From assembly GCA_963666285.1 (NCBI GenBank), contig OY762711.1: 64,000 bases of DNA; one strand, 5' to 3'. Positions 19,249 to 32,900 of this stretch are shown here, piece by piece (position 1 is the first letter of the stretch; each line of letters starts with the position of its first letter). The DNA is from Sedimentisphaerales bacterium. Its GTDB lineage: Bacteria > Planctomycetota > Phycisphaerae > Sedimentisphaerales > SM23-30. A program made the translations under genes and the position numbers. The notes below the pieces were generated by a model. It was not told where the DNA came from and made no database searches. It saw only the letters and a list, made by a program, of their open reading frames with translations.

Positions 19249-20883
19249 ATGAAACAATTTTTGCATGAAATAGCAGTCGAAGCTGGTGAGCTGGCAATGT
19301 ATTACCGGGAAAAGCTGGCAACCATAAAAATCGACCATAAAAGTAAGAAAGACCTGGTAACAGAAGCCGATGTTGCGGTTGACAACCTGCTGGTAAAGAG
19401 AATCAAAGAGAAATATCCGGACCATGGCGTCCTGGCAGAAGAAAGCGGCACCCACAGCGGAAATGAATATCGCTGGATAATTGACCCTATAGATGGTACC
19501 GGCTCATTTGTTTACGGCCACCCGGTATTTTCAATATCGATAGCGGTAGAGAGAAATGGTGAAACAATCCTGGCAGCAGTAAATGTACCGGTACTAAACA
19601 AACTGTTTGAGGCAGAACTGGGCAAAGGTGCGACATTAAACGGTTCTCCAATAGAAGTATCAGCCTGTGACGATTTCGGTTTCAGTATGCTGGCAACAGG
19701 ATTTGCCTGTCTTAGATCAGATTACGAACACAACAACATGCCTTACCTGCAGGAAATATTACCGAGAATCCAGGATTTAAGGCGACACGGCTCAGCTGCG
19801 GCAGATCTGTGCATGGTAGCCTGCGGCAGCCTTGACGGATTCTGGGAACTGCATCTGCATGAATATGATGTAGCCGCGGGAATACTCATCCTGACCGAAG
19901 CAGGCGGTAAGGTAACAAACTTTAAGGGTGAAGAACTAGCCGGAGACTTTTCTGAAATAGCCGCCTCAAACGGGATTCTGCATGACACTCTTGTTGACAT
20001 CCTAAAGAATGTCCGCCGCAAAGCTTTGCCGTTTGACTATGGCCCGGCCGAACTGGCTATGATAGATGATAAGATTACTCCCCTGGACGAGGCAATGATA
20101 AGTATTCACGACCGCAGCGTCTATTTCGGGGATGGTGTCTATGAAGCAATGCGAATATGTAACGGCAGGATCTTTGAGTTTGAAAGGCATATGGAACGGC
20201 TGAAAAACAGCCTGCAATCACTAGAGATGCTAAAATCGACAGACCTGGCCCTGGTTACAAAAAGAATACATCGGGCAGTAGAAACCTCAGGTCTGCCGGA
20301 AGCAATAGTTTATTTCCAGATAAGTCGCGGTCAGGAATACAGGAAGCACAGCTGGAGCGACGGCATTCAATCCAGATTTCTGCTGACAATCAAGAAATTT
20401 GCAATTACCGGAAAAGATTGTGTAAGTGCTATCACTCAACCGGATATGAGATGGAAGCAATGCCATATTAAATCCCTGAATTTACTACCTAATGTCCAGG
20501 CCCGCCATGCGGCAAGCCAGGCAGGGGCATATGAAGCCGTCTTGTATGATGAGCAAAAAGTTGTAACGGAAGCTACCAGTTCATCGGTACTTATGATAAA
20601 AGATAATGTAATATACGCCCCGCCATTATCAGTAAATATCCTGCCGGGAGTGACCAGGGCATTGATACTTGAATGGGCTCCGGAAATCGGGCTGGAAGTA
20701 AAAGAGGAATCATTTTCACTTGATGACATCTTTGATGCCGATGAAATTATCCTTACCGGTACGGCAACAGAGGTAAAATCAGTTGTGAAACTGGACGACA
20801 AGGAGATAGGAGACGGCAACCGCGGCCCATATGCCGAAAAGCTGCATAATATGCTGAAAAAAGCATTAAACGAGAATGCATAG
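19249..20883 (+). CDS. Fusion protein: inositol monophosphatase (SuhB-like) + PLP-dependent class IV (D-amino-acid-type) aminotransferase
   Basis: N-half: DLVTEAD, WIIDPIDGT, GSAAADL, YDVAAG. C-half: DRSVYFGDGVYE, HMERL, IKSLNLLPN, ILPGVTR, GTATEV. Confidence 0.88.
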   Translation: MKQFLHEIAVEAGELAMYYREKLATIKIDHKSKKDLVTEADVAVDNLLVKRIKEKYPDHGVLAEESGTHSGNEYRWIIDPIDGTGSFVYGHPVFSISIAVERNGETILAAVNVPVLNKLFEAELGKGATLNGSPIEVSACDDFGFSMLATGFACLRSDYEHNNMPYLQEILPRIQDLRRHGSAAADLCMVACGSLDGFWELHLHEYDVAAGILILTEAGGKVTNFKGEELAGDFSEIAASNGILHDTLVDILKNVRRKALPFDYGPAELAMIDDKITPLDEAMISIHDRSVYFGDGVYEAMRICNGRIFEFERHMERLKNSLQSLEMLKSTDLALVTKRIHRAVETSGLPEAIVYFQISRGQEYRKHSWSDGIQSRFLLTIKKFAITGKDCVSAITQPDMRWKQCHIKSLNLLPNVQARHAASQAGAYEAVLYDEQKVVTEATSSSVLMIKDNVIYAPPLSVNILPGVTRALILEWAPEIGLEVKEESFSLDDIFDADEIILTGTATEVKSVVKLDDKEIGDGNRGPYAEKLHNMLKKALNENA

Positions 20884-20913
20884 CACTTTTATCAGGTTTC
20901 AGCTAATCAAAAC

Positions 20914-20951
20914 AAAAAAGGCCATAAGAGTAATTCTTACGGCCTTTTTTT
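20914..20951. terminator. Bidirectional intrinsic terminator
   Basis: AAAAAAGGCCATAAGA-GTAAT-TCTTACGGCCTTTTTTT between convergent genes. Confidence 0.85.
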
Positions 20952-20971
20952 ATTGCTTTACGAAAGACTTA

Positions 20972-23900
20972 TCACTGTATATCTTCAATAGAAGGTGCTT
21001 TTGTAGCAAGGTTTCTCAATAATGAATCAATTTCGTTCTGGAAACCAGGCTGTGGAACCGAATAACTATAATAGTCAGTATCAGCCATCTTGTTACGTTC
21101 TTCAAACTTAGCACCTGCCAAGTCAATAGCAGCCGGGTTATAATTCATAACATTATCAGGTTCGTATACAGCAGCACTGTCAACCGGATAAGTAAGGTCA
21201 GGATTAACTTCTGTAGAGTGTTCCAGACCTAAAATATGTCCTAACTCGTGAATCGCCGTACCGGCAATAGCTGTAACAGCCATATCAACATTTTCCTCAT
21301 CAGTTCCGTCAAGGAATAAATTGTAATAATCGCCTATACTGGCCGAACCAACTGTACACATATCAGATCTGTCACTATTGTGTCTGTCAACAGTTTCTGC
21401 AATACCCATCAATCCAGAAAGCGGATAACTACCACCAATAACAACAGTGGAATGCTCCATCCTATTGACATTGAAGTCCGCAACGGAAAGAACAGCGGAA
21501 TCAGGATAATCCTCTTCGCCGTCACCATCCCGATCAACGTGGACATCAATATCAGTAACAAACTGGATAAGCTGCAGGTCTTCTCTGACTTCGGTGTCAG
21601 GATCATCCAGAGCTTCACGATAAGCATTTTCAATTTCAACGACCATACGAGCTACCATGTATTCCCAGGTAACATCAACACGATCATCAGCCAGACCGTC
21701 ACCATCGACATCATCCATAAAGTATGATGGCAGATCTTTAAAATCGTCCAGACTGAATGCAGAACGCTCAACTACATCTTCATAGGAAGCGGCAGGAAAG
21801 CTATCAGCCAAATATTCTGCGATGGTGTTTTCGCCGGTTTCCTTATCGCCAAATGACAGGTAAACAATTTGAGGTCCATCACTAGTTGCAATATTACTCT
21901 TTCCGCCATCGGTAGTTGTAATAGAAAGAGTATATGGATTAACCGAGCCATAATTATTAGTATCTACAAATCCATCACTAGTACTATTTACAAGCATTGA
22001 TACAACAATATAATAAGTACCAACTAATGTCTCAGCCACACCGTCGCCATCAAGATCTTTAAGTGTCATTGGGTCAAGGACATGATCTTCATATCCATCA
22101 ACATCCAGTGTATTGATAGCCTGAACCACATAATCAGGATCAACTAACTCATCCGGAGTAACAGTATCAGTAGAGTCTGTATAAATAGTTGCAATAGCTT
22201 CAAGGTCACTATTATACACACCCACCAGGAACTCAACATCAGATCCACCGGTATACTTAAGGGCATCAACATCAACCTGCATATACTGTCCTTCTGCAAG
22301 CTCGACTTTATAAATATCAATATCCTGCAGCATAGCCAGTTCAGAAGTGACTTCAATATGTCCGGCGGTCCCGGCGGTAAGAAGCTTACCTTCAGCACTC
22401 ATGCTCCAATCGGTACTGCCGGCAATGTCATCTCTATTAAAAATGTAAAGATTGTCATCTGAATCTTCGTCATAACGTCTCTCATCTGCAATCCATTCTG
22501 TCCCCAGACTTGAATCCATCAGATCAACAGCACTATCGTCAGGAGCAGAAGAATCATAGGCAAGCCCGCTATCAGTGACAGTAATGCCAAAATCACTATC
22601 ACCATCATTGAAGGCATAGATATTAAGATCATATTTGATCGGCTCACTGGCTACAAGGTTGTAACCGAAAAATGAATATATCAGGCTGGAACTACTGAAA
22701 GTCGGGCCAACACGCAATACATAATTGCCGTCTTCTTCAATATTTGCAACCAGTTCGATAGTACCGGAATACGGGTCGATAGTAATTTCGGCATCTTCAA
22801 CCGGTGTTGTGGTAGTATAACCCAATCCGGGACGAAGAATATCAACTGTAGAACCAAAATACAATTCCAGACTGCCGGAACCAGAGTCGGTATCAATAGA
22901 GATTGTAATGGTATTATCATCATAATCAAGAATAGCGGCACTATAAGTATCATCAATCTTGACTGAGTCAACATCGCCAAGCACAGACCAGTCGATATCA
23001 TCAATCACGAGAGTAATGTCTCCCTGACCCGTTGTATAGCTAATATCAAATTTATAGTAACCATGATCAGTATCAGTATTACCACTGCTGCTGACCTGGA
23101 CAGTACCAAGGTCTGTAGCTGTCGTCTGACCAAAATCATGTGTCTGCCAATCGCCATCATTAAGACGAATAAACATGCCGTCAGAATCATATTCAGGACT
23201 ACCCTGAACCGTACGAATCAGAATAGGTTCGCTATCATCTAAAGTACTATCAAAAGTCAGAACAGAATATTCACCTTCTTCGAGCAGCTCTATTGTCTTT
23301 GTCCTGTCCGAACCGGCATTAATAGCAGTGTCAATCTGAATAATACTGTTACCGTTATTTTCAACTGCCAGCAAGCGAGTCTTACTGTCGAAGTCCATCG
23401 CGGTAATCTCATACCCGCTATCAATAGTACCAATAATTTCCGGCCTGCCAAAATCTACATTAACGATAACATCCTGGCTACCGGAATCCGTATCAATCTT
23501 CACTTCTCGAGTATCAAATCTGATCAAGGTGTTTGTAAGAGTATCAAAACCGAAAAGTTCGTTTTTATCTTCACTTAAGACAGGATTGACATCATTTGAC
23601 GGGAAGGATCCAAATGCCAGCTCAGACACATTCCCAAGGTCAAATCCACTCATGGTCCAGTCAGAAGTAACCATGTTTTCACCCGGATTGAGAATATCTT
23701 CAAACTTGATAAGATGGTCAGTTGTGACAACTTCAATATCACCACTGCCAAAAGGATCGAAAGTGGAAGTAACCTCCACAATAGCCCAAAGCTCCGCACG
23801 ATCAACTAATTCAGTCGAGCCATCCGCAGCATTGATTTGCTTAACAGCACCAAATTCGATGCCTTTAATGCCCGTTATTCTCAGCTGAGTCTCGCCTTCG

Positions 23901-26900
23901 GTACTGACAATACTTGGAGTAATCTTTTCATAAATATCACCAAGTACACTTAAAGTCAGTTCAACATCGCCTTTTTCCGGGTTAATAGGATCTTCAACCA
24001 TAATAGGTTTAGCATCATATGTTTCTGTACTGACAAGAGCAAATACCCCCTGATCAGAATCATAAGCTAAAGCATTATAATCTGTATACACCAGAGACGC
24101 CTGGAACTCTGCCAGCAATTCATCCTGCCCTTTTTCAATCAGGTCATTCTGAATTTCAATCAATAAATCTCCGTCAAGTTCGCCTTCTAACTGACTGTAA
24201 AGGTAATTAGACAGGTATTTTCTCAGGTTGAAATCAAGAATATCATTAGCATCAAGCCTGATAGTTGTTTCAAGAACAACCGAACTAACAGTCAAATCAG
24301 TAATATCCGGCAAAATCATATCATGCTGCGGAAGGGTAGAAGTAGCATCACGGGTATCTTCACCCTGCAGTTCGCCAACCTTATCCATTGAGAACTGGCC
24401 CATAGTCCAGACAGAACCGGAATCAGCAGAGAAGTAAATATTTGCCTCACCCTCGGCAAAAGTAGCGTCAATATCAATAATCAAACTAGAACTGACATTG
24501 CCAAAAACATCTACTTCGTTAACCACTGTCACGTCAACAAACTGATTATCGCTATAAGCCCAATCAACTATACTACCGGCAAGCATTGTCTGGGTCTGGC
24601 CATTTACGGTTACGGTTTCCCAGAAATCAATATCATCGATTTCAACCTGTAGCTGCCCGGTCAGAGCCGAATTATATTCAATTGTAAAGCCATAATACAA
24701 ATCATTCTGAACAAAAGAGAATGTTTCCTTGTTTTCAGGATGATTATCGAGGTCACTGTAAATATTCAGTAAACCAGCCTGTAATGAAGCGACATCATCG
24801 CTGCCAAATTCATGGGAAGTAGTTTCGTTGGCATAAGTTATAGTAAAGGTATCACCCTTTGGCGAACCGTAATTAGGCATACCAATAAGAGTATAGCCAT
24901 CCGGACTAGAGGCAAGTCCGGCAAAATCATACTCACCGTCTTCAGCCGGATCCGGGTTCAGCCAATATTCAGCTACCGGCTGATTAGAGCTGTTAAAGGT
25001 AATTTTATAAATGGCATCCGTACGGGTAGAAGAATAATCACCTCTTTGCAGATCATGCAGGATGAGTAAGCCATCACCTTCACGAGATTGACTGATACCG
25101 GTAATATTCAGATCAGTAATTACATTACCATCAGTATCAACAATATTGCCAATCGGTGTGGCAGGATCTGAGTCTGTGGCATCCTGATCAACTATTGAGC
25201 CAAAATCACTACTGAAAATATCAGCATTCAATTCGTACAAAATTCCATCAGCTGTGACACCATAAAGAATATCACGAACCTCACCTTCGCGGTAATCCTT
25301 GTCTTCAACAAGACCAACAAGACCGTAACTGCTCAGATCAACATCAGCAACAACAACTGCAAGAGATTCACTCTGATCAATTTCGACATCTCTTTCGATA
25401 TTCTGCACTTGCACAAGTGTATAATAAGAATCACCAGAAGCTGGGATATATTCAGCAATAGCCCAGAATGAGTCACCTGAATGACCGCCAAAAGCAGATA
25501 GTGACTCGATGACACCCTGAGTTCTTATTGTAGAATTAACATCAATGAGATCATTAGCAAGAACTTCAAAAGAAGTAACAGTCTGACCATCATAACCGTC
25601 AGGACTCTCTACGCTTATCTTGAAGAAATTGCCACCCTCGTCATCGTAACCATAGAAGCTGTCACCACTGTAGAATAATTCAGACAACTCAGAAGCAACG
25701 GTAGGAGCATCACTTAAACCTTCATAATACTCATTATAGGCCACTGTACTAGTAAGCCCCAGATCGTTGTATTCTTCATGTTCTTCAACTTTGAGTAATT
25801 CAACAAATAAATTATCATACCAGTCAGCCAGGTAGTACCAGGAATCATCGTAGATACTCATATCAGATAATTGCACAGAAAGAATCTGTCCTTCCTGAAG
25901 ATTATTAAGAGTGTAATAATCATTATCCAACATTGAAACGCCACCGGTATAGCTTCTGTTATCACCCAGAGTACTGGTATATTCCCAATAATAATTCTGA
26001 GGGAAACCATCATTGGCATCAAAAGGTGCAAATGCGGTTGTAGCCAGATCACCAACATCAGCAACAGCAAATGTATAAACGAAGTCGCCGCCAGGCTGAG
26101 AGTCACCAGAAGGCAGTTCACCGGTAAATTCACCATCTAATTTAATACCCATCTTATTCTGAATAACATCAGAGTTGAGTATGATCTTATAATAATTAGC
26201 ACCTTCCAGATTTTCGAGCAATCCGCTTTCATCTGTAAACAGGATAGTATTAGTAGCCTCATCGTACCTGATACTTACACCGGTACCATAAACAAAAGTA
26301 TCATCAGTTACACCCTGCTGGAAAACCTCTTCAGTTGAAGCAAATCTCTGGTCCAGGCCATCCACCTGCACCCAAACAGCAGAACTTGCTACGTCTTCCA
26401 ATGAAAGAATATCTTTATTGATAAGATCAGTATTCAACTGTTTAGTCGAAACTTCGGCCAAATTGACATTGTCATCTCCGGCAAAACGTTCGCCATGAAC
26501 AACTACATTATCAATATCGCCGGCAGCTATAATTGCATATTCATAGCTGGTCCACTGCGTCTCATCGATAATACCTTTGATAGTAACACTATCAATATTT
26601 GAAGACTTCTCCTGAACAGTATCAACAAGTTTAATACGGATTGTATTAAAACCGGTACCGCCACCGTCAATATCAATAGAAACCGACTCTACTTGAGGAG
26701 CGTCATACTTTTCAATAATCTTAGTATTAAGAACATCATCTCCGGTAGAGAACTGTCCATCCTCACCAGGTGCAACACCGGCGGCAATGTTTGATTCAAG
26801 GAAATTACCACCAATGTATACCTTAACTATATCACCTTGATTAACTTCAACATCGCTGTCTCTGAGGTCATCGACACTTTCGAGAATCACACCTGCAACA

Positions 26901-29900
26901 ATATCACTACGGGTAACATCTCCTTTAATCTTGACGCTGACAAGGTCTTCACCCGCGACAACGGAAGCATTTTCCATACTGGCCGCAGAGAAACTCTTAA
27001 TATACCCGGTAGCTGAAATAGTAGCCTCGGCACGATCACTGGAACGTTCATCGCCAATAGCTCCGCCAACAGCAACTTTTTTAATGTCTCCATCTACGAA
27101 GATAATGCCGTCATAGTTGTTTTTGATTTGAATATTATCAACATTATCATTTGAAGTGAGAATACCTTCAAAACTGCCGTTCACCAGAATCGACCTGGCA
27201 GAATCAATACCAATAACGGCATAAGTTGAAACATTGTCAATTACGGCACGGGATATACTACCCTGGACATTGAATTCTATAGGATTATCAGAATCTGCAT
27301 TTATATCCTTAACGATCAGGTTGCCAATACTGCCGCCAACTGAAAGGCTCATAGCAGCATCAGCATCATCCAAAGTGGAATCAATACCATTGAGTACGAG
27401 TTTTCCTATGTTACCGCCGATATTTAACGAATCACCATCTTCGGAATAAACAAGGGTACCATCAACTACCAGGTTCTTTAATGAACCATCATCGCCGGTA
27501 AAAATACGACCGATCTGAAGTTCTTCATCCAGATCCCTGGTTTGAATCGTTACACTAGTCTTCGAATTAGTATCCTTCAATTGTATCGCTAGGATCTGCC
27601 CGGTTGCTGTATCAAACTGAACAGCCCCCTTTCCGACACCTGACATTTTGAAGGTTACGGTACCATCACCAACCGGGTATTCCAGACTGTCGCCAGCCTC
27701 AAAGCTCAAAAGCTGAGTACCGGGTTCCGCGGTAAGATCAAATTCATCTATATCTATAATTTCCCAGGCACGGAAACCAGAACTTCCGGAAGGTTGTGCC
27801 GGGACATTAACAGTTGTACCACCAATTTTTAATTTACCAATTTCGCCGTCGGCAAAAATACCAAACGGACGATAAGAGCCATTTTCAAGAATACCGATAT
27901 GAGAGCCAATAGTAACGCTTCCTATAGTACTGATACCATCGCCGGCTTTATCCGTTCCGTTCAGGTCACCATACATCCCATCACTACCCGGAGAAACACC
28001 CGCTGCTATACTGGAATATCTTAGGCTTTCAATCTTGATACTGTTAATATTTCCAGAGGTAGCAACTTCTCTAGTATCAACGACATCACCTTCGATTGTA
28101 TATTTAGTCATCAGGAATGCTTCATAAACTGAACAAATTTCAGCCTGTACTGTATCGCTGGTATAATCACCAGCCAGCCAGCCAGCTTCATAGTCGGCTG
28201 CCCAGGCCTGCCCCTGGAAATCTTCCAGTTCCCAGAAATCATCAGTTCCCTGACCGTCTATCTTGGCAAAATCTGCCGGATCGATAGTGCCACCAGCTCC
28301 AGGATCATAACCAACTACAATCACACTATCAGTTACATCAGTAGTAACTTCGATCTTACCGATATTACCGCCAACTACAATAGAAGCGCCACGGATAGCT
28401 GTTGCATAAATAGTACCGACATTACCAGTTACATAAATAGTACCTGAAATTATATCATCGACGATCAATTTATCAAGATCACCATCGATCAGAATTACAC
28501 CGTCTTCGGTAAGACTGCCTTCTTCACCCTCATAACTGCGAAGTATAATCTGTTCGACATCATCAGTTGAAACATAATAACTATCAAGAGAACCGGTAAT
28601 ATCAAGTCCATATCCACCATCAATAATAGCATTTCCGTAAAGATCGCAACCAACAGTCTTAATAGCACCCGTTGTCTCACCTTCAACATTTATCGCACCG
28701 TTAAGGTCACCATTTTTCACGGTAATAGAACCCAGATCATTGCCAATAGTAACATCACCGTTTAGACCGTGGGTTCCTGAAGTCTTTTCTGCCAGGTTAA
28801 TAGAAATACTTTTCGCATTTCCGGCGACAGTAATATCACCTTCGATGTCACCTGTAGTCTTTATAGTTCCCAGATCACCATCAATATTCAAATCTACTAA
28901 AATCTCAGCTTCTGTTTTACCACTGCCTAATTGAAGTTTGTTAAGATCACCGTAGATATTCAGTTCATCACCGTAATTGCCAAGATCGCCGCCACCCTTG
29001 ATCGTTCCAATATCTCCATAAATATTACCTGTAAGATCAAGGATGCCGCCAACTATAAGACTCTTGAGCTCGTAGCCTTTGAAATCGGAATTGGAGTAGT
29101 ACTGATGGCTCTGGTTCAGATAAAGGTCTGCTTCAAAATCTCCTTTAACGTTAATTGTCCCAATCTGGCCTTCAACCGTAATATTTCCACCGCCCAGCGT
29201 GCCTAGATCGCCACCAACCTGCACCTTTTTGAGATAACCGTAATCACCACCAACAACGATATTACTGATAAGGTCCTTGCCTGCCTTAATCAGGTTAAGA
29301 TCACCTTCAACCCATATCGAAGAACCGGTAATATAATTTTTCGCGGAAAGTACATTTAATGAACCGGTAGAAACGGTAAGATCATATATCGAATCACGAG
29401 CTATAATTTTATCAATACCATTGATATTATTAACACCACCAAAAATATTGGTGTCGCTGATAATATTAGCTGAAATAGTGCCTATTTTCATATCAGCACT
29501 AATATATGTACCTTCAATCGAGCCTTCTTTCTTAACATCTAATTTGTTAAGAGAATAACCGGCAGAAATATAACTATCACGAATACCATAACCGCAAACA
29601 CTAATCTGGTTAATCAAACCTGACTGATCGGTTCCGTATACAATAGTTTGGATAGCACTGGAATCTATACCAACGGCATTATTGGTTAAAGTGATTTTAT
29701 TGATATTAGAAGTTCTAATATAAGCCCCTGTCATTTCAGAATCTGCACCAGAAATCAGCAACTCATTTAGAGTATATGTATCAAAAGTGAAATCAAAATA
29801 GACAGACAGACCATTGGCAATACCAAATTCCTGGAAACCGATAGTCGAACCTATGTTAGGGCAACTCCAGCTACCTGCATAATTATAACCTTCAAGGTCG

Positions 29901-32900
29901 GCGCCATCCAGAATGGCAACCTTGTTAATATTTCCAGCAGCAATGATAGCACCGGCAATATCATGATCATAACCTTCAGCCAGTACATAATTGATATCAT
30001 TTGAAACAAAAATACCTGCCTGTGCCCATTCACCGGTACCAGGCGCTTCGAGTCCGTCACCAACATCTATCCTGCCAAGATCACCACGTACCACAATTGC
30101 AGCGCTGACCCCATCAAACTGGCCTTCAAAATCACTGTTATCTGAATTCAATTTAATACTGGAAACAGAAGCTGAAACAAAAATATCGCCATCAGCTCTT
30201 CCGGCAATACTAATTTTTTCGATAGCAACCGAGGAATACATGCCATTGTACATCGAACCGCCCGGAGCTATAGTCAAGGCATTTGCGTAAACAGTCGTTG
30301 GATCGTAAACCAATGGAGCTACAATATATTGACCGGTAGTATTTTCTGAATACCCCAGGTTGCCCTTAAGATTCACACTTTCTAAATCATAGGTAATGTC
30401 CAACAGAGCTTCTAATTCACTATCAGTCACTGCACTACCAAAATCTTCATCTGAAACGTCAGGCAGGCTCACTTCACCCACTACAATGCTAAGCATATCA
30501 CCGCCAACCCATTTTGTCTTTGTTAAACTGCTTCGCTTATCATATGGATTACCGTTCTCATCAAGCCAGTATCCACTACTATTAACAATTGTAGTTATAC
30601 CAGTATATCCAGAAGTGTTTTCTGTTGCTGTATCATCAGTATCATCAGTATCATCGTTAGTAGTGTCGGTATCAGTATCTTCAACTGCAACAGGTGCTTC
30701 AACTTCCAGCCTGAAGATTGAAACAGGTGCATTGCCAGATATAATTACATTGTTATCGATGTTACCACTTACCTGCACATAACCAATTTCTACCGGATCG
30801 TCACCTGTTGTAGATATTCGTATGCCATCTGTTGAAGTGACAGAAACAATAACATTACCGGCACCACCAGGCCATTCGCTTGGAGAAATAGTCGCAATCT
30901 CGCCCGGTAAGATACCATATACCGGGATAAGCCCCACGCTAATCACACCCCCATCATTCAAAATGGTAGTAACTTCCTCTTCTTCGCCATCTTCATTCTC
31001 AATGATCTCAGTTACTTCATAGTCCTCACCTTCATATCCGGGACTTATGGATACTTCGGAACCGGAGTCATCAATAATCTTAATAGTCTGGCCTTCATTA
31101 GAAGTCCATACAGCCGTGCCGCCACCACCAATATAAACATATCGTATATTACCAGCACCACTATATATATCAGGATTATGTGGATCAATGTTTCGACCGG
31201 TACTATAGTCAGCATAATTTGTGCCATGAATAACTATACTATCAATAATACCAGGGGAACCTTCACCATCAGCATTAGCAATCGCCCAGATATCAAACAA
31301 CCAGGTAGTATCGCCGTCGGTAATACCGCCATAATTTCCACCCGTATAAATGGAACCAATATTACCATCAGCATAAATACTGGCTGCTAAATCAGCATCA
31401 CAGTGAACAGATTGGATATCGCCACCGGCATTAATTTCCAGGTATGAATTACCTGCTGCTCTTACCTCGCCAATATTACCAAATGCCACAACATAAGATT
31501 CATCTCCAACATATGCTCCACCGGCATCATCGATCTCATATACAAAGCTTTGCAACCCTTCATGAAGAGTCTCAGTTGAAAGAGAACGAACAGATAAAAT
31601 ATCACCATTGTTTGTTTTAAACTGGCCAAGATGAATATATCCTACAACACTAATAACACCAAGATTACCATTCAAAACCTGGATACCAGGCCTGGAATCT
31701 ACCCCACCGGCATAACTGTCACTGCGGAAATCTTCTAATATTGTACCTCCGCCTAAAGCCGTCTCAGAAACACCTTCAATATCCAGACGGTAATATGACA
31801 GAGCATCTTGAATTAAAACTGTATATGCGCCGGCAATTTCGGTGGTAAATGATATTGATTTATATGCATAGGTTATAGGATCGTACTCTCCGCTTTGAGC
31901 AATTATTTCGCCATTAGGATCGTAAACGACAATACTGCCAACACTTAATGAATAGACAGCTTGAGAACCTGGATCATATGGTATACCGGTTATATCATTT
32001 ATATTTACTACTGTATCAAATAGTTTTATTTCGATTTCCTGCCCGGCCAGAGCACCAAAGCCGTAGTAATCAGAGGCGTCATAAACAATAGACTCACATT
32101 CTCCTATTACCCTGATGAGACCGTCAGAGGTCGTACCGAGAAACTGAGCTGACTCAGGCGTATCATTTGTTATGATATAATCAAGAGAACCGGAATAGAA
32201 GTCAACTGCACCTTGTGTATTCGTTCCCGATTTACGTTCTATTTCACGATATGTATTATAATACTGGATATCAGGGTTTTCTGTATCAGTTGCATCACTA
32301 TACAAATATTCAAAAACACCCGGAAACGAAGCTACATCATCATAACCCCAAACTCGTATAGGCAGCCCCCAGTCTTCATTACTCTGGAATGAACCCATCT
32401 GACCGAGAACTTCAAGAACCGTAGTTGTTGTATCGTAGATATAGCCCTGGCCGTAGTCATAATAGATTGCATTTAAGGCTGGCTGCCAGGATTCATCACT
32501 TTCATTGATACCGCCGGCCTGTGTTCCAACAGCAAGGTTTTGCAGGTCGCCATTAACAACAAATTCATTTGTCCCCAGAAACCCAGCATAAAATGTACCG
32601 ATACTACCATCCCTGACAACTACATCGCCAAATACGGGACCGGCAATACTAATCATTCCTACATCGTTTCCCTCTTCTACAACAATACCGGGGCGAATTT
32701 CGCCATTTTCCCAGACTCCGGAATAAGAATCATCAGGAGCAGGAATTGTCTGAGATGGATCCAGGTAGAAAGTAACACCATCAAACCAAATTTCTTGATC
32801 ATGATATACAGGGTAAGTGCCTATCGCCGCACCTCCGGCAAGCGAAGGAGTTTCTACGGCCACAATATCTTCATCAGTATAAAGGTAGGAAGATGTTCCG

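Noticed and set aside
30625..30680. Short tandem DNA repeat (TATCATCAG)n
   Set aside because: Explained by a low-complexity Asp/Thr linker (DTDTDTTNDDTDDTDDT) in the giant protein; not a contingency locus.
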